NCBI GenBank assembly: GCA_048937405.1
Contig: JBHLNF010000003.1
Coordinates: forward strand, 1 to 64,000
Origin: Promethearchaeota archaeon
GTDB taxonomy: Archaea; Asgardarchaeota; Lokiarchaeia; Sigyniarchaeales; SOKP01
Direction of reading: 5' to 3'
DNA length: 64,000 nucleotides
Shown piece by piece: positions 9,514 through 20,034 of this stretch. Positions within the stretch are counted from its first letter, which is position 1, and each line of letters opens with the position of its first letter. Below the pieces are notes generated by a model that worked only from the letters and a program-made list of their open reading frames with translations, did not search any database and had not been told where the DNA came from. Position numbers and translations under genes: made by a program.

Positions 9514-10863
9514 TTAAATTAATTTATTTGTTTGATATTTATCAATAGAAATGATTGGTTCTAATTCTGATAAATTATTTTTCTGATTTTTTAATAATTT
9601 TAATTCTAGTTTAACATCTTTTTTAATTTGAGATTTGTTCTGAACTTTTGTTATATTTAAGAGTTTTAATGTTCTTTTATAATATCTAAGTGCTTTTTGC
9701 TTTAAATTTGAATTAATAAAGACTCTTGCCAAATTCCAATAATAGAGAAAATTATCTCTGTACAACTTTATTGCTGTTAAGAATCCATTTAATGCATTTT
9801 TATAATCTTGGTTATAAAAACTTTTAATACCTTGATAGAATATATCTAAAGAATATCTTCTTATAATATTAGGAGAAAATATTTTGAGATGATGTTTTTG
9901 AATATCTTGAGATAATTGCTCAATCTTTTTTACCATCTTATCTTTCTCAATTTTAGAAGAAAGTAGTGTTTCAATCATACCCAAACCATATGATTCAATA
10001 GAAGCGAATATTATTTTTTGACTTCCTGGTATTAAAGGAGCTTTTATTAAAGCGTTTAGTAAAATTTCATGAAATTTATATTTAATTAGAATTTCTGATA
10101 ATTCTAAAATTTGAGATCCATCAAAATCAGCGAAAAATTTAAAATTCTTCATTTCGTCTATAAAGATTTTAACAATTAGGGGGGAAGTAATTAATGATTC
10201 TTTAAACAATTTAAGATTTATTTTTCTGTTATCATTTTTTATAAATTTAATTGTCTCTATAAGTAAATTATTTAAAATTTCTTCTTGTTCTTTTGTAATA
10301 AATAAATCTTTGAAATCTATTATCTTATTTATCAATAATTTTTTACGAATATATGAAAAACATTGAAAAATTTCAACGATATTACTCATTTCTGGCTTAT
10401 TACACACAAATTCCACAGAAGGGATTGATTCTTTATTATAAAAACTTGTTTGAATTACATTCTCAAATCCAATTTTTTCTAGAATTTCTTGCAACAATTG
10501 AGGAGGAAAGCAAAATTTATGTTCTAAACCTTCGTGAGGAAGACCATATATCCAACTTAAAATATCCTTTTTTCTTTCATAATCTGAATTTAAATATGTG
10601 CGAAAAGCTTTTTCTAAATCAGGAGTCTCTAAGATCAATTCACCTTTGGGTTCTAAAACTCTGAAAAATTCACTTAAAGCATAAATGGATTGGTATAATC
10701 CTAAATGCTCAATTAAATGAATTGCCTTTATTTCTTGGCAGGAAAAATCTTCAAACTCAAGATTTACTGCTGACATCTTTTTGTCAGCAATTAGATCCTC
10801 ATAAAGATCTATATTAATATATTCCGGTTCAAATTGTTTCCCACATCCAATATTCAATTTCAT
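9514..10863 (-). CDS. Class I SAM-dependent methyltransferase with C-terminal TPR region
   Basis: LNIGCG motif I, INID, HLIEHL, EFFRVLEPKGELILETPD. TPR-like C-terminus (FYQGIKSFYNQDYKNAL..YYWNLARV..ALRYYKRTL). Confidence 0.75.
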   Translation of the reverse strand: MKLNIGCGKQFEPEYINIDLYEDLIADKKMSAVNLEFEDFSCQEIKAIHLIEHLGLYQSIYALSEFFRVLEPKGELILETPDLEKAFRTYLNSDYERKKDILSWIYGLPHEGLEHKFCFPPQLLQEILEKIGFENVIQTSFYNKESIPSVEFVCNKPEMSNIVEIFQCFSYIRKKLLINKIIDFKDLFITKEQEEILNNLLIETIKFIKNDNRKINLKLFKESLITSPLIVKIFIDEMKNFKFFADFDGSQILELSEILIKYKFHEILLNALIKAPLIPGSQKIIFASIESYGLGMIETLLSSKIEKDKMVKKIEQLSQDIQKHHLKIFSPNIIRRYSLDIFYQGIKSFYNQDYKNALNGFLTAIKLYRDNFLYYWNLARVFINSNLKQKALRYYKRTLKLLNITKVQNKSQIKKDVKLELKLLKNQKNNLSELEPIISIDKYQTNKLI

Positions 10864-11120
10864 TTTCTGGGCTTAAAGTCTTCTATACTTATACTAGAAT
10901 ATAAAGTTCCACGAGGATATATTGGATCTGTGGTTTTTGCATATAAAATTAAAGCAACATTCCAAAAAACTAGTGCAAAAATCGAGAGAATTACAATCAA
11001 CATTAAGGTAAGGATTAAAGGGTACCGATTTTTTAAAAAAAGAGTATTTGTAATTTCCTTATGTGATAAACCCAATTCTTTTCCAATTTTATAAAGTTGA
11101 AAAATATTTTTAAAAACCAT
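10860..11120 (-). CDS. Small single-TM hypothetical protein
   Basis: 86 aa with one hydrophobic helix. GGAGG-like SD upstream. Overlaps the methyltransferase start by 4 nt, consistent with translational coupling. Confidence 0.65.
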   Translation of the reverse strand: MVFKNIFQLYKIGKELGLSHKEITNTLFLKNRYPLILTLMLIVILSIFALVFWNVALILYAKTTDPIYPRGTLYSSISIEDFKPRK

Positions 11121-11149
11121 TTTTTTTCCTCCAATTTTTTATTTTAGTT

Positions 11150-12274
11150 TTATTTTAATTTAATTTTTTGATATAGATATTTGTATTTTGAAATTTTAGA
11201 TTCTATTTTCCATCTAAATGGTAAAACATCATTTTTTAATAAATCTTTCTCAATTGCTCTTAAGCAGTATGGAATATCAGGATTACTTAAAGCCAGCATC
11301 GTTCCTAAACAACCAGCTTGACATTTTTTAAACATTTTACATGTAGCACAATAACTTTTTAAGGCTACTTTATTAGAATATTGAGCATATTTCAAATCAA
11401 ATCTGTAATTTAAGATACTTGAAAGTTTAGTGGTTCTAATATTTCCTTCAATAAAATTATCAGGTAAAGTTAAACATCCCTTAATATTACCATTACTTTG
11501 AATTCCTAAAACAGATTTACCTGCTTGACAACCAATCCATGGTTCCAATCCTAATTCTGGTAAAAATATAGAAAAATATCCAAAACAATGAGCACCTATT
11601 AGTGGCAATTCTTTTATTGAATACTTTTGAAGGCTTGATGCTATAAACATAGCTACTCCATAAAATTCTTTTCGAGAAATCACCAAATCTCTTGGAAATC
11701 TTCCAATTGGTAAGGCTATTTGAATTTGCCAAGCAATTTTTCTATTAAGTAATAAATCTCGAATTAGTTTCAATTCCTTAATGTTGAGTTTACTAACTGT
11801 AGTTATAACACTTACTGGAATATCTTCATTTTGGAGTAATTTTATTGATTCTAATACTTTATCATATGCTCCTTTAATTCCCCTTATATAGTCATGCGTT
11901 TCAGGAATCGCACCATCTAAACTTAAAGAAACACAATCTGGCTGTAACCTTTTTAGCTTAGGAATGTAATTTTTTATTACTAGACCATTAGAAACAATAG
12001 TAAGCTTCATTTTTTGTTTTTTAATTTCTTGTGCGAGTTCATACCAATCATCTCTTAAGAAGGGTTCACCACCCATTAAGGCAATCCCATCATATTCACA
12101 AGATCTTAAATCTTTGACTAATGATAATGCTTCTTCTGTATTGAGTTCATCTGAGCGAATTTTACCGGCTGATGACCCACAGTGAATACATTTGCTATTA
12201 CATTTTAATGTAATTTCCCATACAGCACATTTATGTTTGAAGAAATTGGATAATTGATAATGTAAATTTGACAT
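11150..12274 (-). CDS. Radical SAM protein with SPASM domain
   Basis: CNSKCIHC (CxxxCxxC), MGGEP, SLDG..HDYIRG. SPASM cysteines CQAG..GNIKGC..CATCKMFKKCQAGC..C. Confidence 0.9.
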   Translation of the reverse strand: MSNLHYQLSNFFKHKCAVWEITLKCNSKCIHCGSSAGKIRSDELNTEEALSLVKDLRSCEYDGIALMGGEPFLRDDWYELAQEIKKQKMKLTIVSNGLVIKNYIPKLKRLQPDCVSLSLDGAIPETHDYIRGIKGAYDKVLESIKLLQNEDIPVSVITTVSKLNIKELKLIRDLLLNRKIAWQIQIALPIGRFPRDLVISRKEFYGVAMFIASSLQKYSIKELPLIGAHCFGYFSIFLPELGLEPWIGCQAGKSVLGIQSNGNIKGCLTLPDNFIEGNIRTTKLSSILNYRFDLKYAQYSNKVALKSYCATCKMFKKCQAGCLGTMLALSNPDIPYCLRAIEKDLLKNDVLPFRWKIESKISKYKYLYQKIKLK

Positions 12275-12456
12275 GATTTTTTGGATTCCATATCCATGCT
12301 ATTTTTTTTCTTATATTAGAAAATAATCCAAATGGCATTTTTATATTTTGTTATCAATTTTATTTTAATCTAAATCATATAAAATTGATGTTATAATGAA
12401 AGTCATATTAAAAAAGCTTTAAGGTCCACTTATAGAACATTCCATTTCATTCTTTT

Positions 12457-13578
12457 TTAGAATAAGAGAAAATCACAACTGGGACATTTTTTCTTGTCCC
12501 CTTTTATAATCTTACTACAATTAGGACAGATTTTTACTGAAGGCTTTTTATTATCTTGTTCAGGTTCGAGTTGTGCTCTAATTGCTATTGCCATTGGATC
12601 AACAGCTTGAATGATCTTAGGTTGAGTCCTTGCTTCTAATTCATGTAAATATTCAACAATATTTTTCTTCTTCACTTGGGTCTTTTCCGCAATTGTAGGA
12701 ATCTTGCCAGCTTGTACATCATTTACAAAACCACTATCAAGTTTTAAAATGTTGAAACAATTATGGCATCTGAACACATGAGGTATTCCTATATTTGAGG
12801 TTTTAGCCCATTGAGCCCAACAGACCTTATGAGCAATTGTTTCACAGGAAGGACACTTAACAATATCTGCATTATCTCTCTTAAAACAAATAGAACAAGT
12901 CGTTGTTTCATTTACTGTTTCAGGATCATCTGCCAAATTAGTATAAAATGGTTGATTATCAGGTAAAATCATTCTTAATCGTTGTTTAATAAATGAAGGT
13001 TCTGATACATATTTTTTCTCTGAAAGAATGGTTAATATCTGATTTAAATCTTTAAGTTTATATATTTTATGATAACTTCCATTGCATAAGTTTACTAATT
13101 TCATTAATTTAGATTTTAATTCTGGTTCTGGTTCCCCGATTCTTATAATATCAATAAAAAAAGGCATATCTTTTACAACTTTAATTAGTTCTTCTATAGG
13201 TGGTAGATATTCTGGAGGGATATCATAAGCGCCTTTATCTATTAATATTATCAATCTGAATATTTTTTCAGAAATTTTTTTATATACTTCAATAATAAAT
13301 GTTATTGCTAAGAATATCCCTCCTGCAATATTTGCATTAGTGATATCTCCCGCTAATGATTTTAATGTGTCAAGAATATTATCTGGATTAAATGTAAAAT
13401 GTTCCAAATAATTTGGTCCTTCTTTTTTAAATACTATAAGATTAAATCTATCAGATGGATCAATACTCTGTTTATTTTTCATAAATTCTGCTATTGAATT
13501 GTAAACCTGACGCAATTTAATTATCTTTGGAGTGAAACCATAAAAGATGAGACAATCTTCGCTTTTTGTGGATTCCAT
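12457..13578 (-). CDS. vWA-like domain + C4HC3 (RINGv/PHD-type) zinc finger + C-terminal zinc ribbon protein
   Basis: DRFNLIVF, NIAGGIFLA, RLIILIDKG and FFIDIIRIG follow the vWA strand/helix pattern. CSIC-x10-CPSC-x4-H-x2-C-x17-CHNC finger; terminal CPNC..CPSC. Confidence 0.65.
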   Translation of the reverse strand: MESTKSEDCLIFYGFTPKIIKLRQVYNSIAEFMKNKQSIDPSDRFNLIVFKKEGPNYLEHFTFNPDNILDTLKSLAGDITNANIAGGIFLAITFIIEVYKKISEKIFRLIILIDKGAYDIPPEYLPPIEELIKVVKDMPFFIDIIRIGEPEPELKSKLMKLVNLCNGSYHKIYKLKDLNQILTILSEKKYVSEPSFIKQRLRMILPDNQPFYTNLADDPETVNETTTCSICFKRDNADIVKCPSCETIAHKVCWAQWAKTSNIGIPHVFRCHNCFNILKLDSGFVNDVQAGKIPTIAEKTQVKKKNIVEYLHELEARTQPKIIQAVDPMAIAIRAQLEPEQDNKKPSVKICPNCSKIIKGDKKKCPSCDFLLF

Positions 13579-14017
13579 TATAAAAATAAAGATTTAAATT
13601 ACAAATTAAAAATAAAATACTTAATATAAAAATCGTGTAGGAATTAATAAGTTTAAAGTTACTTCTGCTTAAAGATTTATTTATAACGTATTAAATAATT
13701 TCTCATTATTTTAAGATTCTTTGATATAACCTACATGTCACTTTTATCTATAGATTCTAGCAGTGTTATTAGAATTATGGAATATTACAAATTTTAAGAG
13801 CTTCTCCTAATTAAAATGAATTAATTTAATGTTCTCAAGTTTATTTAAATTTATACATTGCAATATACTTTATATTTTACTGAATAAGTTAGATTTAGAA
13901 TAAATTTATATTTCTTAATGTTTAAAGTTAAATTTTTCAAATAGATGCAAACAATTAGTTAAAGAACTTGTTTATTATGGTTATAGAACTCATTTCTATA
14001 ATGCAAGGAGGACTTTT

Positions 14018-15277
14018 TTGATGAAAAAATATGTAATAATTGGAGGAGGTCCTGCTGGAGCTACAGCAGCAGCAGAATTAAGAAAAAGAGACCCTAATTC
14101 TCAAATAACTATAATTTCTGATGAAAAATATGTATTCTATAAAAGAAGTCAAATAATAAAACTTATTTCCGCAAGTTGTACCGAGGAGGACCTATTTATT
14201 GGAGGTAAAGATGTATTTGAAAAAAGTAAAATCAATTTTCAAAACGGGCATGTAAAAAGGGTGGATACCAAAAACCAACAAGTAATATTAGAAGATAATT
14301 CTTCTATACAGTTTGATTCTTTACTAATTGCGAGTGGAGGAAAACCCACTGTTATTCCATGGGAAGGTGCTAACCTTAGGGGGATCTCTACTTTATATTC
14401 TCTTGATGATGCTAAGCGAGTTGCAGATTTAGCTTGTGATTCTGAGAAAGTTGTTGTAATCGGTGGTGGGTCGATAGCTATGAAAATCGTCCAGAATTTC
14501 ATAAAAATAGGTTTAGACATTTCAATTATTGAAAAAGCATCTCATCTGTGGCCAGTAGGATTCGACAGAAAAGTTTCCCGGATAATTGAAAATAAATTGA
14601 AGGATTATGGGATTCATTTATACCTGAAGGAAGAAGTAGAGCATTTTGAAGGAAAAGATGGTAGGGTCTCATCAGTTGTTTTGAGAAGTAAAAAGAAAAT
14701 TCCCTGTGATTTGGTAATAGTTACCATAGGAATGCGTCCTAGTATCGAATTTTTAAAAGATAGTGAAATAATATATCATCGAGGAGTAATTACTGATGAG
14801 TATATGAGGACTAACATATCAAATGTATATGCTGCTGGAGATGTTGCAGAAACTAAGGATCCATTATATAATGACTTTATCCTACATCCAACATGGGGAA
14901 ATGCTAAAAAACAAGCTAGAATTGCAGCAAAAAATATGACGAGTAATAGCGTTAAGTATAAGGGAACAATTCCAATTCAAAAAATAAAAGTATTAAATTA
15001 TTTAGCAATTGCAGCGGGAATTACTCATTCAAAGAAAACTTATGATGAAATCTCGTGGATTTCATATAAAAATGAAACTGCACGTAAAGTTGTTTTAGAT
15101 GGGGATAGATTGATAGGACTGTTAATCTTAGGCTCAAAATTAGATAAGAAGAAATTAAAAAAGCTGATGAAAAAAGCAATATTTAAAGGATTAAATATAA
15201 CAAATCCAGCTAATTTAATGCTAGAAGCTAACTTTGGTTTAGAACAGCTATTTGAAGTAAGTAAATATTATCCTTGA
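14018..15277 (+). CDS. FAD-dependent pyridine nucleotide-disulfide oxidoreductase (NADH:rubredoxin reductase/NirB-N-like)
   Basis: IIGGGPAG, LLIASG, VVIGGG, TNISNVYAAGD. Confidence 0.85.
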   Translation: MMKKYVIIGGGPAGATAAAELRKRDPNSQITIISDEKYVFYKRSQIIKLISASCTEEDLFIGGKDVFEKSKINFQNGHVKRVDTKNQQVILEDNSSIQFDSLLIASGGKPTVIPWEGANLRGISTLYSLDDAKRVADLACDSEKVVVIGGGSIAMKIVQNFIKIGLDISIIEKASHLWPVGFDRKVSRIIENKLKDYGIHLYLKEEVEHFEGKDGRVSSVVLRSKKKIPCDLVIVTIGMRPSIEFLKDSEIIYHRGVITDEYMRTNISNVYAAGDVAETKDPLYNDFILHPTWGNAKKQARIAAKNMTSNSVKYKGTIPIQKIKVLNYLAIAAGITHSKKTYDEISWISYKNETARKVVLDGDRLIGLLILGSKLDKKKLKKLMKKAIFKGLNITNPANLMLEANFGLEQLFEVSKYYP

Positions 15278-16014
15278 AGATTCATCTCAAATCCATCATT
15301 TACAGTCATTGTATTTTTAAATATACGTATTGCTTTATTTCCAAATTCCACACGTGATTCTAGCGAAGGAAAAATACTAGCGTCAAAATGAGTGAGGATC
15401 AATGTTTTTACATTCGATTTATGAGCAATATGAGCAATTTCCTCGGGTTTCAAATGAGGCCAACCCCATTCTTCTTGACCTTTTTTATAAGAACATTCAC
15501 TGATTAGTAAATCTGCATCCTTCGATAGTTCATAAAGAGCATCACACACCCCCGTATCTGTACAATAGGTAATGATTTTATTCTCAAGATTAATTCTAAA
15601 ACCCAAACAATCATCGGAATGAATTAACAGCCTACAAGAAAAGGGAATGGGATTTTCATAATCACCCTCGTCAACTTCCGAAATTTCAATTTTATAGGAG
15701 AGATTTTTTAAAGAGGATGTATAAGGATGTCGAATTATATTATTTAAAGCCTCTTTAATTCCAGAATAACCAATAATATTGAAAGATTGTTTAAATCTGA
15801 ATTTGCTAAGTATATGAAATCCAATAATATGATCAAGATGTGTATGACTTAAAAATAAAATTATGGGCTTATTTTCATTAATATACATATCTAGCTTATG
15901 AAGTCCATCCCCCGCATCAAATATAACATAAAAATTTTCAGAATCAATCAAGGTACATATTGTATTATTATGGGTAGAATACCAACCATTTGTACCTAAA
16001 AAAATTAGTTTCAA
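15268..16014 (-). CDS. Metallo-beta-lactamase fold hydrolase (RNase Z/ElaC-like)
   Basis: FLGT, DAGDG, SHTHLDH, YCTDT, HLKP, LTHF. Confidence 0.85.
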   Translation of the reverse strand: MKLIFLGTNGWYSTHNNTICTLIDSENFYVIFDAGDGLHKLDMYINENKPIILFLSHTHLDHIIGFHILSKFRFKQSFNIIGYSGIKEALNNIIRHPYTSSLKNLSYKIEISEVDEGDYENPIPFSCRLLIHSDDCLGFRINLENKIITYCTDTGVCDALYELSKDADLLISECSYKKGQEEWGWPHLKPEEIAHIAHKSNVKTLILTHFDASIFPSLESRVEFGNKAIRIFKNTMTVNDGFEMNLQG

Positions 16015-16098
16015 TGTCTACTACTCCTAAATATCTTTATATAATTATGGGAAATTATTTTATGCCTTATAAATAGATTAAGATTTACATATTCAAGA

Positions 16099-17181
16099 TT
16101 ACTTTTTTCTTCTTTTTTTTTTCTTTTTCTTTTTTGGACTTTCAGATTCATCTTTCTTTGTTTCAATCATTGCCCTTACCTCAGCTGCGAATGGATCTTC
16201 AGTATGCACGACTTGAGGTGTGCTCTGAGCTTCAATTTCTCTTAAATAATCAACTATATCTTTCTTTTTCATCTTATTTAATTCAGCGATAGTAGGTATT
16301 TTCCCTTCTAATACATCATTAATATAATTCATATCTAATTTTAAAATATTAAAACAATTGTGACAACGATATACATGTGGTATTCCAATATGAGAAGTTT
16401 GTGCCCATTGAGCCCAACATACTTCATGAGCAACTGTGTGACATGATGGACACCTTATAATCCCTTCATTAGCCTGTTGAAAACAAATTGAACAAGTTGA
16501 AACATCAACAACTCTTTCAGGTTCATCAGCTAAATTTATATAAAACATTTGATTTTCTTCAGGTATCCTACGAATTTCTTGCTTACCAAACGCTGGTTGC
16601 GTGATTTTTTTTTTATATGAAAGTTCCATTAACAGAGGATTTAGTTCATTAATAGTATTAATTTCATAGAATTCTCCATTAGTTAGGTTCACTAGTTTAT
16701 TCAATCTGTTACGTTCTTCATAATCTGGCTGGCCTATATATATAACGTCAATAAAAAAAGGCATATCTTTAACTTTATTAATTAATTCTTCTAAAGCGGG
16801 AAGATATTGAGGTGGAATTGCATAAGCTCCATCATCTATGATGATTAAAAGACGAAATATCTTTTCTGAGATTTTTTTATACACTTCTATTATAAATGTG
16901 GTTGCTACAAATACACCACCAGCGATATTTGCTTTAGATATATCTTTTTCTACTGACTTTAACATTGATAAAATTAAGTTTGTATCGAAAGCAAAATGAT
17001 CCAAATAATTTGGACCATCAGGTAGAAATAAAATCAAATTAAACCTATCTGAAGGATCATTAGCTTGTTTTTTTTTCATAAAATCTGATAATGAATCGTA
17101 AATTTCCTTGAACTTAGTTAATTCAGGAGTTAATCCATAAAAAATTAAACAATCTTCACTTTTAGAAACTTTTAGAGTCAT
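16099..17181 (-). CDS. vWA-like + C4HC3 zinc finger protein, paralog of 12457..13578, with basic C-terminal tail
   Basis: Shared KSEDCLIFYG, DPSDRFNLI, CSICF..CPSC..HEVCWAQWA..CHNCF. Ends PKKKKKKKRRKK. Confidence 0.65.
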   Translation of the reverse strand: MTLKVSKSEDCLIFYGLTPELTKFKEIYDSLSDFMKKKQANDPSDRFNLILFLPDGPNYLDHFAFDTNLILSMLKSVEKDISKANIAGGVFVATTFIIEVYKKISEKIFRLLIIIDDGAYAIPPQYLPALEELINKVKDMPFFIDVIYIGQPDYEERNRLNKLVNLTNGEFYEINTINELNPLLMELSYKKKITQPAFGKQEIRRIPEENQMFYINLADEPERVVDVSTCSICFQQANEGIIRCPSCHTVAHEVCWAQWAQTSHIGIPHVYRCHNCFNILKLDMNYINDVLEGKIPTIAELNKMKKKDIVDYLREIEAQSTPQVVHTEDPFAAEVRAMIETKKDESESPKKKKKKKRRKK

Positions 17182-17537
17182 AATTACTAATGTATAAATT
17201 TGATTATTTGTAACATAAAATTCTTAGTTAATAATAATTTCGAGGAACAATAAATTAAGTTTAAGGATAATAATGTAATATTTTAGAAATCCTCTCATCA
17301 TTTAAAAGATATAAAAGAATTTAAAAAAAATAAATTCATTTAGTCAGCTGATTTCTTTGACTTTTTTGAACTTAAGAATTTATACAACAAATTTTTTATA
17401 AAAATATACTTTCTACCTATTAAGTTAATTATAAAACTCAATACAAAGACGGATATTTTTAGATTATTATAAAGTTACAATTATTTTACACAAATGTAGA
17501 TGTTATTATCTATTGTATTACGTAATGAGGGAAAAAT

Positions 17538-17795
17538 ATGCAAATTTATCGCTTAAAAATAAATAAGAATGCTTGTATTGGTTGCAATGATTGCGTTGTA
17601 AGTTGTCCCCTAAATTTTCAACAATTAAAGGAAAAAGGTTATTTAACTGAAGAGAATGCGGTTGTTTTAGTGAAAAATGGCGTGGCTTACGATATTTATA
17701 TTGAGGGTAGAGACGTTAATTGTGATGGATGCGGAGTTTGTTTGAAATATTGCCCTGTCTCTGCTATTGAATTACAATTAATTGAAGTTAAATAA
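17538..17795 (+). CDS. 2[4Fe-4S] ferredoxin, FwdG-like
   Basis: CIGCNDCVVSCP and CDGCGVCLKYCP separated by a long insert, as in FwdG; lies near the fwd genes. Confidence 0.75.
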   Translation: MQIYRLKINKNACIGCNDCVVSCPLNFQQLKEKGYLTEENAVVLVKNGVAYDIYIEGRDVNCDGCGVCLKYCPVSAIELQLIEVK

Positions 17796-18051
17796 GATGT
17801 TAAAAAAGTCATTTCCTAAAAATTTAACAGTATAAATTAGGGAATTTGAGTTTTTAATATCTTAATTCACTATTTATATATTTTTTATCTGTAATTTTAT
17901 TTTATTCTTCAATTTATTATATCCCAAAAAAAGTGTCTTGTTGAATAGTCGAAAAACAAATAATTATCCATCTAAGATAAGGAAATAATCCGATTTTTTC
18001 TAAAACCATATTCTATTGACTTTATATATTACCTTCCATTATTGGTAACCT

Positions 18052-20025
18052 ATGAAAAATCTAACTAATAGTGGCGAAGGAATCACAAAAAAGAAACTTA
18101 TAGGTATGTTTCAAGGGATTCCCATTGAAGGTTTATCTTTTCAAACACCCACATTTTCCGGAATAACAGATAAAAATGGAAAATTTCATTACATTGCTGG
18201 AGAATCTATAATATTTTCGATTGGTAAATTAATTCTTGGAGAAACTATTGGTAAAGAAATGATATCCCTAATCGATATCATTGCGGGAGGAAAAAACTCC
18301 AATGATGAACGTGTTATTAATTTATGCATCCTATTACAAACGTTAAATATGGAAAATAATATCAACAACGGAATTAGAATTTTGGAAAATATTGCAACAA
18401 TTATTTCAGAATGTAGCGAGCAACTAAATTTTAATCAACCTCCTAAAACATTTCAATCTGATCCTGTATTAAGAGCTTTAATGGGAAAGTTGAATTCTAA
18501 GAAGCTTTTTCCTGATACTGGAAATTTCGGTATTCGCCTTATACGAAACATTTCAGCAGCCCGAGCTAGTTTTGAAGCAAGTCTAAATCCTAATCATTTA
18601 GAATCAGATTGTCATAAAATTGTAGAGATCTCATCAGGTAAAATTAATGGTTTTGCAACTAGCAACAATACATATACATGGCTAGGTATTCCTTACGCTA
18701 AACCACCAATTGGAGACTTACGTTGGAAACCACCGCAAAAAGTAGTCCCGTGGGAAGGAATACGCGATTGCACTCAGTGGGGAGATCAGTGCGGTCAAGG
18801 AGAATTAGGACCAGCTAGTCATGGTAATTTAAGCGAAGACTGCCTAAACTTAAATATTGTTGCCCCAAAAAATATAGGGAAAAAGAAGTTACCAGTGATG
18901 GTCTGGTTTCATGGGGGAGGATTTCACGCAATGTCAGCTAACAATTTAGCCTATAATCATACTGCTCTTCCTGCTAAAGGTGTCATTATTGTGACCGTGA
19001 ATCATCGACTTGGTCCATTGGGATATATGGCTCATCCAGAATTAAGTGTTGAATCTGAAAATGGAGTTTCAGGAAACTATGGTCAATTGGATTTGATTGC
19101 TGCTTTAACATGGGTTAAACAAAATATTTCCGTATTTGGAGGAGATCCAGACTGTATAACAATTTTTGGAGAATCTGGTGGTGGTGGCAAAAGTTTTAAT
19201 TTGATCATTTCTCCACTCGCTAAAGGATTATTTCATCGGGCAATTATTCAAAGTGGGGTATGGGCAATAAGCGAAACGCGTGGGATGTATCTAAAAGAGG
19301 CTGAAGCTCGAGGGAAAGCGCTCGTAGAAAAAATGGGCATTAAAGATAGTCCATATATACTTAAAAAAATGAGGGAAAGACCCTGGCAGGACATAATAAA
19401 AGCTGCACAAGATATAAAATTTAATGATATACGTCTGATTACAATCGACAATTGGTATCTCTTGGATAAAGCAACAACGGTGTTTGAGAAAAAAATGCAC
19501 AACGATATACCTATTATTATTGGCGCCAATCGTACAGACATGGGTTCCGGGATGATACAGGGGATTAAGGATTGGTCTAAATTAATAAGTAAAAACAGTA
19601 AAGCAAATATTTTCGTCTACCTTTTTGGACATGTTCCCACAAGATGGAGAAAGGAAGGTGTTGTAGCATTTCATGGTCTTGAAATTCCATATGTTTTTGG
19701 TTGTGTTAAAGAAGGTCTGAAAGGTGGTACTCTCTTAGCGCTATCAAGAACGGGAGGTGCTAAACAACCTGATCCCGGTATTGATGAACTGGATGATCAG
19801 ATATCTAATCAGATGATGGATATGTGGGTTCAATTTGCTAAAACTGGTGATCCTAATATCCAAGGTAAGATTAATGAAAAAACCACGTGGACACCTTACG
19901 ACATTTTAAAAGATAATTTTCTTTTTATTAATGATGAAGAGATCCCACTACGGATGGAAACAGGTATTATTGAACATTATGAACTACCTCCAAAGGGTAC
20001 ACCTCCATTAATACCAGTAAGATAA
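18052..20025 (+). CDS. Carboxylesterase type B (para-nitrobenzyl esterase-like) with an extra N-terminal domain
   Basis: WLGIPYAKPPIGDLRW, SEDCLNLN, WFHGGG, GNYGQLD, GESGG nucleophile elbow, FHGLEIPYVF. Confidence 0.9.
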   Translation: MKNLTNSGEGITKKKLIGMFQGIPIEGLSFQTPTFSGITDKNGKFHYIAGESIIFSIGKLILGETIGKEMISLIDIIAGGKNSNDERVINLCILLQTLNMENNINNGIRILENIATIISECSEQLNFNQPPKTFQSDPVLRALMGKLNSKKLFPDTGNFGIRLIRNISAARASFEASLNPNHLESDCHKIVEISSGKINGFATSNNTYTWLGIPYAKPPIGDLRWKPPQKVVPWEGIRDCTQWGDQCGQGELGPASHGNLSEDCLNLNIVAPKNIGKKKLPVMVWFHGGGFHAMSANNLAYNHTALPAKGVIIVTVNHRLGPLGYMAHPELSVESENGVSGNYGQLDLIAALTWVKQNISVFGGDPDCITIFGESGGGGKSFNLIISPLAKGLFHRAIIQSGVWAISETRGMYLKEAEARGKALVEKMGIKDSPYILKKMRERPWQDIIKAAQDIKFNDIRLITIDNWYLLDKATTVFEKKMHNDIPIIIGANRTDMGSGMIQGIKDWSKLISKNSKANIFVYLFGHVPTRWRKEGVVAFHGLEIPYVFGCVKEGLKGGTLLALSRTGGAKQPDPGIDELDDQISNQMMDMWVQFAKTGDPNIQGKINEKTTWTPYDILKDNFLFINDEEIPLRMETGIIEHYELPPKGTPPLIPVR

Positions 20026-20034
20026 GGTGATTAT

